Positions 36,448-46,900 of a stretch of DNA of 64,000 nt are shown one piece after another. The notes beneath the pieces were generated by a model. It made no database searches and was not told where the DNA came from. It was given only the letters and a program-made list of their open reading frames with translations. Numbering within the stretch: position 1 is the first letter of the stretch; each line of letters opens with the position of its first letter. The translations under genes were made by a program, and so were the position numbers. This DNA is from Escherichia phage SP27. The stretch is from sequence record LC494302.1. The stretch is one strand, 5' to 3'.

Positions 36448-37056
36448 ATGAAATTAGAAACAGAACAACCAAAACTATTTGTTAAAGGTCATGTCCTAAT
36501 TACTGACGTTACTGATCCATCAAATCAAAAAATCGTTTTAGATAAATCTAACGCTATTCACCCTGAAAATATGAGTACTGCCATTGCTAATGCGTTAGCA
36601 TATAATCAAGACAGTACTGGTATTCCTATTGGTTCTATTAGCGAGATGCGTTTTGGTAATGGTGGTACAGTAGTTTTAAGTACTGGTCGTGTTACTTATA
36701 AAAAACCACGTGTTACATCATTCGGTGGTTTGTATTCACAAACATATTTGAAAAAAATCAACCCACGAATTACGGCAGGTATTGATTCACAATACAATAA
36801 TATTACAACTGTACATATACCAGGACAGTCCTATACTGATATTGTATGTATTTGTACTCTAGGGTTAGGTGAACCATCCGACCAAGGTGTAAGCTCAGGG
36901 ACAAGCATGGATGGAACTTATGTATTTGATGAATTGGGATTGTACACGGATGGCGATAGTGGTATTCCTTTAACCCATATCATTTTTCACCCAGTTGAGA
37001 AAAGTGCAAACCGTGTCTTACAAATTAAATACACAGTTCGTGTACAATTACAATAA
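36448..37056 (+). CDS. Hypothetical, probably structural, protein (202 aa)
   Basis: ATG with AAGGA RBS; lies inside the fiber/baseplate region. Confidence 0.45.
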   Translation: MKLETEQPKLFVKGHVLITDVTDPSNQKIVLDKSNAIHPENMSTAIANALAYNQDSTGIPIGSISEMRFGNGGTVVLSTGRVTYKKPRVTSFGGLYSQTYLKKINPRITAGIDSQYNNITTVHIPGQSYTDIVCICTLGLGEPSDQGVSSGTSMDGTYVFDELGLYTDGDSGIPLTHIIFHPVEKSANRVLQIKYTVRVQLQ

Positions 37057-37068
37057 TGGGGACATATA

Positions 37069-38169
37069 ATGAGTGTTAATTATACAATTTATAGAAGTAA
37101 TGGTAGTGTTTATGCTACCATTCCAAATAATGTTATTTTAGGACCAAACCAGCCCGGAAGTAACCCAGTTCCGTTAAATTTAGTTGGTAGAAATAAAGTA
37201 AGTTACGGTCAAGCATGGAATGAAAACTTTTTACATTTAGTTGAAAATTTCAGTTCAGCATCTGCACCACGTGGCAACGTCAATGGTCAACTTTGGTATA
37301 GAAACACTGGTAGTACTGGTGAGTTATTGATATCATTAGTTGATAATGCTAGACAACCTGCTGATATGGTAAGTGAAGCTGAATGGGCGTCTATCCCTAT
37401 GATTACTGTTTTTAACACAGTACCTGATGGTGAAAATAGTGTTATGGGTCGTATGGTATTAACTAGTAACGGTGATTCTCTTCGTGTGTTAATGAAAAAC
37501 AAAGAATGGCGTGAAATTCAAACATCTAGACCAGAAAACAAAGAGTATTCATCATTATTAGATATTAACTATGATAATGGTAAAAAATATATAGAGTTCA
37601 CACAAAGTAATAGTACTAAACCAATTGCGTATTTTAACTTAGGTGGTACTTCACAAGTAGATACAAATAACTGGACAACATTAACTAATGGTACTGGTGT
37701 CTTTGAATTTGGTAGCAACTATTTCTATGAATTAAAAATTATGATTAGAGAAGTAAATGATTCTTCTGGTGAGATAGTTTCTCTTCCATACAATTCAAAA
37801 ACCTTTTTTATAAAAGGGCAATTTTATGTAGATAATCAAGGAACTTTTGTTCCTGGTTCGGTGGGGGCAAGTCAAATGCCAGACCCACGTAGGATTACAC
37901 AATTAGAATCCATAAAAGATGTTATTACCAGTAGTCGCCCAAACTGGGACGTAAATATTGTTATTAATGGTGTAGATCCATCTATCCCAAATCCTAATGG
38001 AACATCTAAAGCTGATTATGAAAATTGGGTTATCAATTCTCTAAACTCAAATAAAAATTTAGGTTTTCGAGTTGATGGTAGCATTAGTAATCTAACTGCT
38101 GGTGAATCCGTTAAACTACAAGCATCCGTGTTGTTAAATATTACAGGTATTCCGATTATTGGAGTATAA
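37069..38169 (+). CDS. Hypothetical, probably structural, protein (366 aa)
   Basis: N/S/T/G-rich ORF; followed by a terminator. Confidence 0.45.
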   Translation: MSVNYTIYRSNGSVYATIPNNVILGPNQPGSNPVPLNLVGRNKVSYGQAWNENFLHLVENFSSASAPRGNVNGQLWYRNTGSTGELLISLVDNARQPADMVSEAEWASIPMITVFNTVPDGENSVMGRMVLTSNGDSLRVLMKNKEWREIQTSRPENKEYSSLLDINYDNGKKYIEFTQSNSTKPIAYFNLGGTSQVDTNNWTTLTNGTGVFEFGSNYFYELKIMIREVNDSSGEIVSLPYNSKTFFIKGQFYVDNQGTFVPGSVGASQMPDPRRITQLESIKDVITSSRPNWDVNIVINGVDPSIPNPNGTSKADYENWVINSLNSNKNLGFRVDGSISNLTAGESVKLQASVLLNITGIPIIGV

Positions 38170-38200
38170 AAAAAGGAGCCACACGGCTCCTTTTTGTTTT
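38168..38200. terminator. Bidirectional rho-independent terminator between convergent genes
   Basis: A7-GGAGCC-ACAC-GGCTCC-TTTTTGTTTT. Confidence 0.65.
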
Positions 38201-38663
38201 AATATCTATATGGTAAACTGTTGACAAACTGTGTACCTTCACGTATACTTTCCCATAGTGAGTAAAAATCTTTCATTAAGTTTGTGTTAAGTAAAGTATT
38301 TTTAGCACCAGGGTGTAATGGTTTAGGCCAAGAACCAATTCTAACCCAAGCATAACCAGAGCTTTCATGATTTAAAGTTGGTACAAATTCATTCTCAACT
38401 ACAATAACAAATGAATAATATTTAAATTTACCATTTTTTGTACAAAATACATCAAACGGTATAATATCAATAATGTTAGGTATTGAGTTGCCCAACTCTT
38501 CTTTAATTTCTCTCATCAGACCTTGTAGTGGTGTTTCGTTATGTTCAAGCTTTCCACCAACAAATGCCCAGTTGTTAGAATAGGTACTTCTTTCAGAACG
38601 CAAGTTTAACATCATATGTCCAGTACTTTTTGATAAAAATATAGCACCAACCGCTTCATTCAT
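38199..38663 (-). CDS. NUDIX hydrolase (second, intact copy)
   Basis: Nudix box GGKLEHNETPLQGLMREIKEELG; RBS AAGGAGG. Confidence 0.7.
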   Translation of the reverse strand: MNEAVGAIFLSKSTGHMMLNLRSERSTYSNNWAFVGGKLEHNETPLQGLMREIKEELGNSIPNIIDIIPFDVFCTKNGKFKYYSFVIVVENEFVPTLNHESSGYAWVRIGSWPKPLHPGAKNTLLNTNLMKDFYSLWESIREGTQFVNSLPYRY

Positions 38664-38676
38664 AACAACACCTCCT

Positions 38677-40020
38677 TTATTTGTCAGTGAAAGTTATTTT
38701 CCAATATCCCTGACGATACACAGGCATGATACTTTTATGCCATTTAAATTTGTCATTATATCTATAATAACCATTGTCTTCTTTATTATAAATGTAATTT
38801 CGTACAGTAGATGGATCAATTAATTGTGCACCATCATTTGTAATTTTAAACAAATAATTTGATGGGATTTCGGTTTCTTTATAAATGATGTTATGTATAC
38901 TGTTATTTACATAATATTGTTCAGGTAATGCACTTGAAAGTACTGAATCTTTCTGCACAAACCCATGTATAGTGTAATCAACAGTATAATTGGTATTATC
39001 AAGCTGTACTATAATTTTGTTGGCATCTTCATTTTCACCATACGACGCTATATGACCTTTTAGTGGGTTGTCTTCTTCAATAGATTGTTGAAATTTAATC
39101 CCTACTTTTTTGTCATCAAAATTTGGTTCTAGATATTTAAGATATTTTTCCCATGAATATATTCCACCGTTGGGAGAAACCGCAGATAGCGATTGGCTAA
39201 CCAAGGTAAGTTGGTATGTATCAGGTAAATTATACTTGGAATTAGTAATTTCTTCAACTTTAATGCATAAATTCTTGGGTGTAAAAACATCTGTTATTAT
39301 ATCTGAATAATTTCCCATTTCAAAATCAAATTCGTCACGAGCACCTTTAATATTTGTAGTAATCTGTTGGATTAATTTTGGTTTTTCAACAATAGCTGGT
39401 AAAGAAAACCATATTGTCGTTTCAAATGTTAAAACCATTATATCCAAATCTGGGTCAGTTCCTTGTGGAAAACCACGAGTAGAAAACTGACAATCTATTA
39501 GTTCAACATCACTAAGCGATGTCCAATCTAACGGGTTATCAGATAATTGAAGTTGTATACTAGGTGCAAACAAAGTTGAGATTTGTTCGAATAATTCCAT
39601 TTTAGTTTGAGTTTGAGTTACCCAAATATTCAAATCAAACGTAAAAGTCCAAGGTACTGGGTTATGTCTTACAATTTTGTATTGTGTGTCAAGATCTTTT
39701 GTGTACTCATTAATAGCAGGGGACTTGTTAGACCCCATTACTATAGTTTCGTTGGCATTAGAACGAATATTTTTACGATCCAACTTTAGTTGATTAACAC
39801 TTATGGTCATTATAGGTGCTGATGGGAGAACATTTTCACTATTCCCATTTATAATTGCTGCTGCCATTCTTGAAATATCGGCATAGCGACATGGAACCTT
39901 TTTGTATTTTGGGTTTCCATTAGCATCAATACCATTTTGTACTTGAAATTCACCAAAAACTCTGATAAGATGTTTCAGTACTCTGCGAAATTGACCGTCA
40001 TAATAATAATCTATTTTCAT
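38677..40020 (-). CDS. Hypothetical structural protein (baseplate/tail?)
   Basis: 447 aa; start overlaps the upstream stop (ATGA); co-oriented with the next structural gene. Confidence 0.45.
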   Translation of the reverse strand: MKIDYYYDGQFRRVLKHLIRVFGEFQVQNGIDANGNPKYKKVPCRYADISRMAAAIINGNSENVLPSAPIMTISVNQLKLDRKNIRSNANETIVMGSNKSPAINEYTKDLDTQYKIVRHNPVPWTFTFDLNIWVTQTQTKMELFEQISTLFAPSIQLQLSDNPLDWTSLSDVELIDCQFSTRGFPQGTDPDLDIMVLTFETTIWFSLPAIVEKPKLIQQITTNIKGARDEFDFEMGNYSDIITDVFTPKNLCIKVEEITNSKYNLPDTYQLTLVSQSLSAVSPNGGIYSWEKYLKYLEPNFDDKKVGIKFQQSIEEDNPLKGHIASYGENEDANKIIVQLDNTNYTVDYTIHGFVQKDSVLSSALPEQYYVNNSIHNIIYKETEIPSNYLFKITNDGAQLIDPSTVRNYIYNKEDNGYYRYNDKFKWHKSIMPVYRQGYWKITFTDK

Positions 40021-41510
40021 TCTGTGTCCTTATGTATGCGATAAACAGTATTAGGTTTAACTGCGTCATGTAATGGAACTTTGTTATCACTATTTACAAA
40101 CTGTGTAAGTGCTAAGTCTGCACCTTCCCACGGTTTTCTTCCACCATAATCAAAAATAACCCATGAATTCTTAGTTGCATTGAATTCCCATAACGTAACT
40201 GGAGTATAATCGGTGCGATAGAAATAGTCACCATCTACTGCATCAGTTGGGAACATATTTCCTTCAGGGACTGTACCTCGTGCTGGTGGAATTTTAGGAC
40301 GATAATCTTGTTGCGAATCAATATTACCATATACACAATTGGACGTGAATGGTTCATTGACATAAGTTACCTTTGGTTCCCCCCACTTGTCATCATTATA
40401 CTGATAAATGTGTGGTTCTTTATAAAAAATACAAAAATCTTCCACATCTTCTGGTGGAACATCACTGGTAGTATATTCTACATCACAATTTAACCATTTT
40501 TTAGCACTTTTATCATATTGATACAACGTATAACCTGTCACATCTGCGTCATTTTCTTTAAAGAAGAAGTCACCATCCATTGGTTTTCTGGGAAAGATGG
40601 TTCCACGCTTGACTTCCACAGAAATCCATGTATCATTAACAAACTCTTTGAGTACTGGGTATGTTTTTTTCAAAAAATACATTCCATCGGCAGGTTCTTC
40701 TGGAAAATCATAACCGTTAAGCATATATTTTGATAAATCTACTGTATCAGGTCGATCATCATACAAATGTTCATTTGTATAATGAATATAGGGTACTTCA
40801 TCATCAGCTTGCATGATGATACGGTTCATGATATCCATTTCATTGCCATAGTTACTGTTTTCCGACGAACCATCATCGGTATTTCCATTACCATTATTAG
40901 GGTCATCTGGATTATCAGGATAATTATTGTTACCGAGTAAATCGGAGTACTCAGGTGAGTCGGTTAGCGGTTTAACTCTAAGTTTATAAATGTGATGTTG
41001 CCACGTAACCGAGTATCCCTCAGATGTACGAAATGCATCTTGGACGACATAGAAGCGGTTTAGACCTGTATCTTTACCCAATACATCAAAATCACGTAAA
41101 TTTGGTAGTTCTATCACATCCCCTGGCATGATTTTTCTACCTAAACGCTGCATCATTGTATTATAATGGATTGTGATGTCCATAGTGTTGAAATTAAAGA
41201 ACAATCCTGGGATTTTCAAGTCTGGAGTTGCTTCTTGAACTTGATAGACACAACTAAGTGTGATAGCTTCAAGGTTGTAGTTTCTGTTTGGTGTGTCACC
41301 AAAAATTAAATCGCCAATACTTGACACAACTGATCCTGAAGATGTATAATCACCTCCATAGGATAAGTCAGTGTTGTCAGCAACTTGTTTTGGACCGACA
41401 TATGCATAAAGCCACATGTCAACTCCACCAATGTTGTATTGTTCAGCAATGGCAGAATCAATGAACTTGTAATCATTGGTTCTACCTTTTTTCCACATTC
41501 TATATGTCAT
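40017..41510 (-). CDS. Structural protein with C-terminal DGxYF(F/Y) repeats
   Basis: ATG 41510 with GGAGAC RBS (the track's 41522 start is a TTG); PADGMYFLKK / PMDGDFFFKEN / AVDGDYFYRTD repeats; N-rich linker. Confidence 0.45.
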   Translation of the reverse strand: MTYRMWKKGRTNDYKFIDSAIAEQYNIGGVDMWLYAYVGPKQVADNTDLSYGGDYTSSGSVVSSIGDLIFGDTPNRNYNLEAITLSCVYQVQEATPDLKIPGLFFNFNTMDITIHYNTMMQRLGRKIMPGDVIELPNLRDFDVLGKDTGLNRFYVVQDAFRTSEGYSVTWQHHIYKLRVKPLTDSPEYSDLLGNNNYPDNPDDPNNGNGNTDDGSSENSNYGNEMDIMNRIIMQADDEVPYIHYTNEHLYDDRPDTVDLSKYMLNGYDFPEEPADGMYFLKKTYPVLKEFVNDTWISVEVKRGTIFPRKPMDGDFFFKENDADVTGYTLYQYDKSAKKWLNCDVEYTTSDVPPEDVEDFCIFYKEPHIYQYNDDKWGEPKVTYVNEPFTSNCVYGNIDSQQDYRPKIPPARGTVPEGNMFPTDAVDGDYFYRTDYTPVTLWEFNATKNSWVIFDYGGRKPWEGADLALTQFVNSDNKVPLHDAVKPNTVYRIHKDTE

Positions 41511-41552
41511 GATTGTCTCCAAAATAAATCGGGTATATCTTTATTTACCTTG

Positions 41553-41580
41553 TAGACAAACCGTAAGAATGTGATATAAT
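41553..41580 (+). promoter_or_regulatory. Sigma70-like promoter with extended -10 upstream of the ClpA-like gene
   Basis: TAGACA-16-TGTGATATAAT; the ATGTGATATAATG core is shared with the promoters at 5060 and 17400. Confidence 0.5.
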
Positions 41581-41620
41581 GTTTATTAATTAGAGTGACG
41601 TGAATCACATAGGAGAATAC

Positions 41621-43909
41621 ATGAATCTTACTCAATTGTTCAAAAAAAGCGACGAACTGGCAACATCTCTAGGTCATACATTCTTGACTATTGACCACGT
41701 AAGTGCCACAGTACTGACTATTGATAGCATCAAGAACGTATTTGAAGATATGAACATTGATGCAGACAAACTGCACAACCGCCTGATGAACTATCTTAAA
41801 AATACAACAGTTCCACATGCACCAAAAAGTGTTAAAGATGAAGACGCGAATCGAACTTCACTTCTAGTGAATCGCGTTGTACATGAGCTTTCTAAAAAAT
41901 CAGTTATTGAACAACTAAAAAGTGATGATTTTTCGATTGATGCATATTTTGTTCTATTCGAATGTCTGTCTTTCCCTAACACAGCACTAGAAGCTGCGTT
42001 AAAAGAAGAAGGTGTTAGCTGTACTGAAGCTGCACGTGCATTACAGAAACACGTTGAGTCACTTGATAAAGGTATCAACTTACAAAGTATTAATGACGAA
42101 CCGATTGGAGATAAAAAAGTGGCCCAACAGCAGCAATCATCTAAACAAAAAGGTTTGGAAGACTATACAACGAATCTAACTGCTCTTGCAAAAGAAGGCA
42201 AACTAGATCCTATGATTGGTCGCCAGAAAGAATTGTCTGCATTGATTGAGACTCTTGCTCGCAAAACCAAAAAGAATGCTATTCTCACTGGTGAAGCTGG
42301 TGTAGGTAAAACACAAATCATCGACGGGCTTGCACAAGCTATTGCTGATGGTAACGTACCTGAACACCTGAAAGACGTTGAAATTCTTTCACTAAATGTT
42401 GGTGCATTGACTGCTGGTACTAAGTATCGTGGTGAATTTGAAGAACGCATCGACAATTTGCTAAAAGAACTAAAGAAACGTGAAAATACTATTGTTTTCA
42501 TTGATGAAATTCATATTATGGTTGGGGCTGGTTCCGCAAGTAATGGTTCTATGGACATGAGCAATATGCTTAAGCCAGCACTTTCACGTGGTGAGATTCG
42601 TGTAATTGGTGCAACAACATATGATGAATATCGTAAAAATATCGAGAAAGATAGTGCATTAACTCGTCGTTTTATGAAAATTGACGTAGTTGAGCCGACA
42701 ATTGATGAAACTCGTGCAATTGTTAATGGTTTGAAACCAACGTATGAAAAATTCCATAATGTTGAGTTCACATCTGATGCAATGGATGCTGTAATTTCTC
42801 TCAGTGATAAATTCCTGAAGAATAAGCACTTCCCAGATAAAGCAATTGATCTAATGGATGCTGCTGCGGCTAAAGTTCGTTCACGTGACAACAATAGTAA
42901 GCTAATTACTGCCAATTTGATTCAAGAAGTTGTTGCTGGTATTGCCAATTTGGATATCAACGTGGTTGCATGTACTGAAAGTGATCGTATGCGTAATCTA
43001 CCAGATGCACTACGCTCACGTGTATACGGTCAAGAGGAAGCTATTCAAAAATTAGTTGATAACGTGATGGTAGCTCGTGCAGGACTGCGTGACAAATCTA
43101 GTGTTCAGGGTGCATTTATGTTTGTTGGACCATCTGGTACTGGTAAAACAGAAATTACCAAAGCATTAGCAGACGCAACTGGTGCGGAACTCATTCGCTT
43201 TGATATGTCAGAATTTTCTCAAGAACATACTGTTTCTAAACTAATTGGTTCACCTCCAGGTTATGTTGGTCATGATTCTGGTAACGGTTTACTGTTGGAT
43301 AAAATTGAGCAGTTCCCTAATGCAGTACTGTTACTTGATGAAATTGAAAAAGCAGATCGTAAAGTACTACTAACCTTCCTACAGGTTTTGGATGAAGGTC
43401 GTCTGACTGGTTCTCAAGGTAAAACTGTATATTTTAATAACGTAACTGTTATTATGACTACAAACCTTGGTGCGGCTGATTCAACAAAGCGTAGCATTGG
43501 TATGAGCGGTAGTGACACTGCACAGGACAAGGCAATTAAAGCATTCTTGCCACCAGAGTTTATTAACCGTATTGATAGTATCGTTACGTTTAAAGACCTA
43601 AGCAGTGAAGCTATTGACAGCATCATTGATAAGTTCATGGGTGGTTTGAATGAACAAGTCAAAGACCGTAATGTTAAAGTTACATTAACAAAAGCTGCAC
43701 GTGAATGGCTTGCGAAAAATGGGGTAAAAGTTGGTATGGGTGCACGTCCAATGAAACGTACCATTGAACAAAACATTCGTGTGCCACTAGCTAAAGAAAT
43801 GTTGTGTGGTTCACTTGTGAATGGTGGTAACATTACATTTGATGTTATTGATGGTAAAATCGGTATTAAGCCGAAACGTACCAAAGCTGTAGATAAAGCA
43901 CTAGTATAA
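41621..43909 (+). CDS. clpA: ClpA-like AAA+ unfoldase (Clp protease ATP-binding subunit homolog)
   Basis: Two AAA+ modules ([24 protein letters not shown]), [17 protein letters not shown] loop at the ClpA IGL position; ATG 41621 with AGGAGA RBS. Confidence 0.85.
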   Translation: MNLTQLFKKSDELATSLGHTFLTIDHVSATVLTIDSIKNVFEDMNIDADKLHNRLMNYLKNTTVPHAPKSVKDEDANRTSLLVNRVVHELSKKSVIEQLKSDDFSIDAYFVLFECLSFPNTALEAALKEEGVSCTEAARALQKHVESLDKGINLQSINDEPIGDKKVAQQQQSSKQKGLEDYTTNLTALAKEGKLDPMIGRQKELSALIETLARKTKKNAILTGEAGVGKTQIIDGLAQAIADGNVPEHLKDVEILSLNVGALTAGTKYRGEFEERIDNLLKELKKRENTIVFIDEIHIMVGAGSASNGSMDMSNMLKPALSRGEIRVIGATTYDEYRKNIEKDSALTRRFMKIDVVEPTIDETRAIVNGLKPTYEKFHNVEFTSDAMDAVISLSDKFLKNKHFPDKAIDLMDAAAAKVRSRDNNSKLITANLIQEVVAGIANLDINVVACTESDRMRNLPDALRSRVYGQEEAIQKLVDNVMVARAGLRDKSSVQGAFMFVGPSGTGKTEITKALADATGAELIRFDMSEFSQEHTVSKLIGSPPGYVGHDSGNGLLLDKIEQFPNAVLLLDEIEKADRKVLLTFLQVLDEGRLTGSQGKTVYFNNVTVIMTTNLGAADSTKRSIGMSGSDTAQDKAIKAFLPPEFINRIDSIVTFKDLSSEAIDSIIDKFMGGLNEQVKDRNVKVTLTKAAREWLAKNGVKVGMGARPMKRTIEQNIRVPLAKEMLCGSLVNGGNITFDVIDGKIGIKPKRTKAVDKALV

Positions 43910-43911
43910 AA

Positions 43912-43947
43912 AAAGAAAAGGAGAGCATAATGCTCTCCTTTTTTTAT
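43912..43947. terminator. Bidirectional rho-independent terminator between clpA-like and the giant gene
   Basis: A-rich-GGAGAGCA-TAA-TGCTCTCC-TTTTTTTATT. Confidence 0.65.
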
Positions 43948-46900
43948 TACTTAACTAATAATATATTTTTAATATCATTACCACTAACTTGTAGACTATC
44001 AGTGTATACTGAAAGATCTATAGTGTAACTATTTTGTGTGTAACGTTTTAACATATCATAATTACCTAAATTAATTCCATTGAAAGAATATGTAGTATTA
44101 AGTTTAAAATCATGTTCTGCACTATACATTACACCACGGAGTAAATTATTTGCATTTCTAACTTCAACTTTTTCATATCCAATCGATATAATATCATTCA
44201 TGTTTGCGGCTGAACCGGATAAAACATTATTTCTAATACTATAAGGACTTATTGATTTAGGTTGAGAAACATAGGTTGTATTTTCTTCACTAATGGTTGT
44301 GATGTTAGTAACAGTACCACCAACAACACCGATATACATACCGTCAACCATTGGGAATCCATAAACCCATATCCCTTCATTATTTCTAAACGGTTGAATA
44401 ACACTTGAATCATATTCGATAACGTTGATTTCTAAACTATCAGTCATTTTAGTTCTTGCCAATTCACTAAGAACTCCCGCACCCGTAATTGGTAAGTTAT
44501 AACCGTTATCGATAGTAATTCCATCAACATCAAATATTTCATTAGAGATTATCCAAACGTCAACGTCATCTGGTGTTATTCCGTCATTGTACTTACCACC
44601 ATTTAAAGTAGTATCGTAGAAAACATCATAATTAATTACATCAATGGTGTAATTTCTATTTTGTTCATACAATTTAATACCATTCTTGACAAATTCAGGG
44701 TCAGCAAATGTTCTAACACGAACAATGTTCAATGCTAGAGGCTGTACTGGCTCATTTTGTTGTGCAAGAGTGATGTTATCATAACGGAGAACTGCACCAG
44801 TACTCTCATCAATCAATTCAATCGTTTCCTTACCTGTATTTCTTACAGTGAATAGGATCGGAGTTGTATTGTTTTTGATGTTAGATACACGCAAGATTGT
44901 TTCCCATGTGTGATTTTGATATCTCACAAAATCTTCACCATCAGGAGTGAAAATCATCACCTTATCACCATCAGATAGGTCATTGTCAACTATTTCTGCT
45001 TCAGTTAAGCTATTAATAGATCTCACACGATAGAAATATTTTTCATCAAACTTCGATGTTGTTTTATTAATATCATTTTCAATCTTAGCATATGAAGGAA
45101 TACTTACAATTGCTTCTGTATGTTTATATGGATTGATAATTGCCATACCTTCAGTTTGATATCTGCTGTTATCACGTAATTGTACAAGAGATACATTGTC
45201 AAACCCATATCCATCAACTGTAAATCTAATTTGACCTACATCACGCCCAGAAGGGTTTATGTCAGATATATCCACAATATAAGGATCAACTTCATCATCT
45301 TTAACTTCCCATTTTATTGAAGAAGTTTGAGATTCCAATGCTAGGTTATCAAATGCATTCATATCATTGAAGTACTTAGCTTCAGTAATACTATCAAGTA
45401 TATATTGATAATCAGAATACATTGGATTATTTTGATCTAGTGGTAAATCATCAAGATTTATTTCAGCTAGTTCAACCATTTCACCATTTGTGATAAAATA
45501 ATCTTCCATGAAATCATCAATACTTTGTTCATCAGGTATACTTTGATATACACCGTTAACATTTAAGTAAACATATTTTCGTGGAATCATTGTAATTGCA
45601 TAGATATCAATTGGGGTCTTACTAAGAATCTCTTCAGCTTTTTCGTACTTATCAGTAGCGTCTTTGTCGAATAACCCTCTCATACCTGCTAATACGTGAA
45701 TAGCATCAGTATAGAAACGGGTATCACCACCTACTTCATCATAACGATAAACATATACACCATACTCAACTTCAAGTTTAACTTTTACTTCATAGTCTGA
45801 TGCGTCAGGATTTTTATCTTTAATTAATGAAATGTATTTTTGATACAATTCACTGCTTATTTCAAAATATCCATAGTTATAATCATTACTAGAAGAAAAG
45901 CCTAATGGAAGTCTAGTACTAGGATTGTCATTATAAGTAAGTCCACTAAATCCACATCCAACTTCATCGTGAATTTTCTCATCACTTATATCTTTATAAA
46001 GTTTCAAACGGTTTGCCAATGTGTTATACTGAACATATTGTCTAAGGTCAGTAAACATATCGTTATGCGTTGATTCTTTATAAACACGTTCCAATGTAGC
46101 AGTGAATTCATCAGTTGCTTCTAAATCTTCCGCATGGTCTTTATACCACTGGTTAACGCCATATGCTGTTCCTAGTGTTACATCCAATTCTGGATAGTAG
46201 ATTTGCATTTGATAAGCAATAAGAAGATCGAAAGTTTCTTCACTATATTCTGGGAAAGAATATATATAACGTTGTAATTCATAGTTACTAACAGCATCCT
46301 TTTCATTGGATTGATATTTGTTATTAACACTTACTAATTCATTTATGCTTGCCAAATCTTCATTTGGTTTACACTGAATATTATCATAATGCATAATAAT
46401 ATCAATTTCTTGGAATCTTCTATTTGGTGTAACGAAATCACTTGGTAGTGAACCTACCTGTTCCCATTTTTGGGTAATTTCATTAAATTGAGCGTACTCA
46501 TAATCCCAAATATCTTTTTCAGTTTTGATCCAAGAACCGTCAACGAAAATATATCCATTAGGATCTAAATCATTACATAGACCTTTTATTAAATCATCAT
46601 CAGATGTCTTTTGCTCTATTTGTGAACGAATTTTAGTTCTATAAGGTTTAACTTCTTCAAAATATTCAACAATTTGATTAATCAAATTATCGTTTGAATA
46701 GTTTTGAACTAATGATTGTTCCAAACCAACAATATAGATATATGATGTTTTAAATACCCAATCCACAACACTTTGTTCAACATGTACATATTTGACCATA
46801 TCAAAAACAATTTCGCTTTGATGTAAATCGAAAGAATTTTTGAGTAAAGCTAGTGCTTTACGAACGTTGATTTCACGATTGCTTAGTGAACCATTATCAT

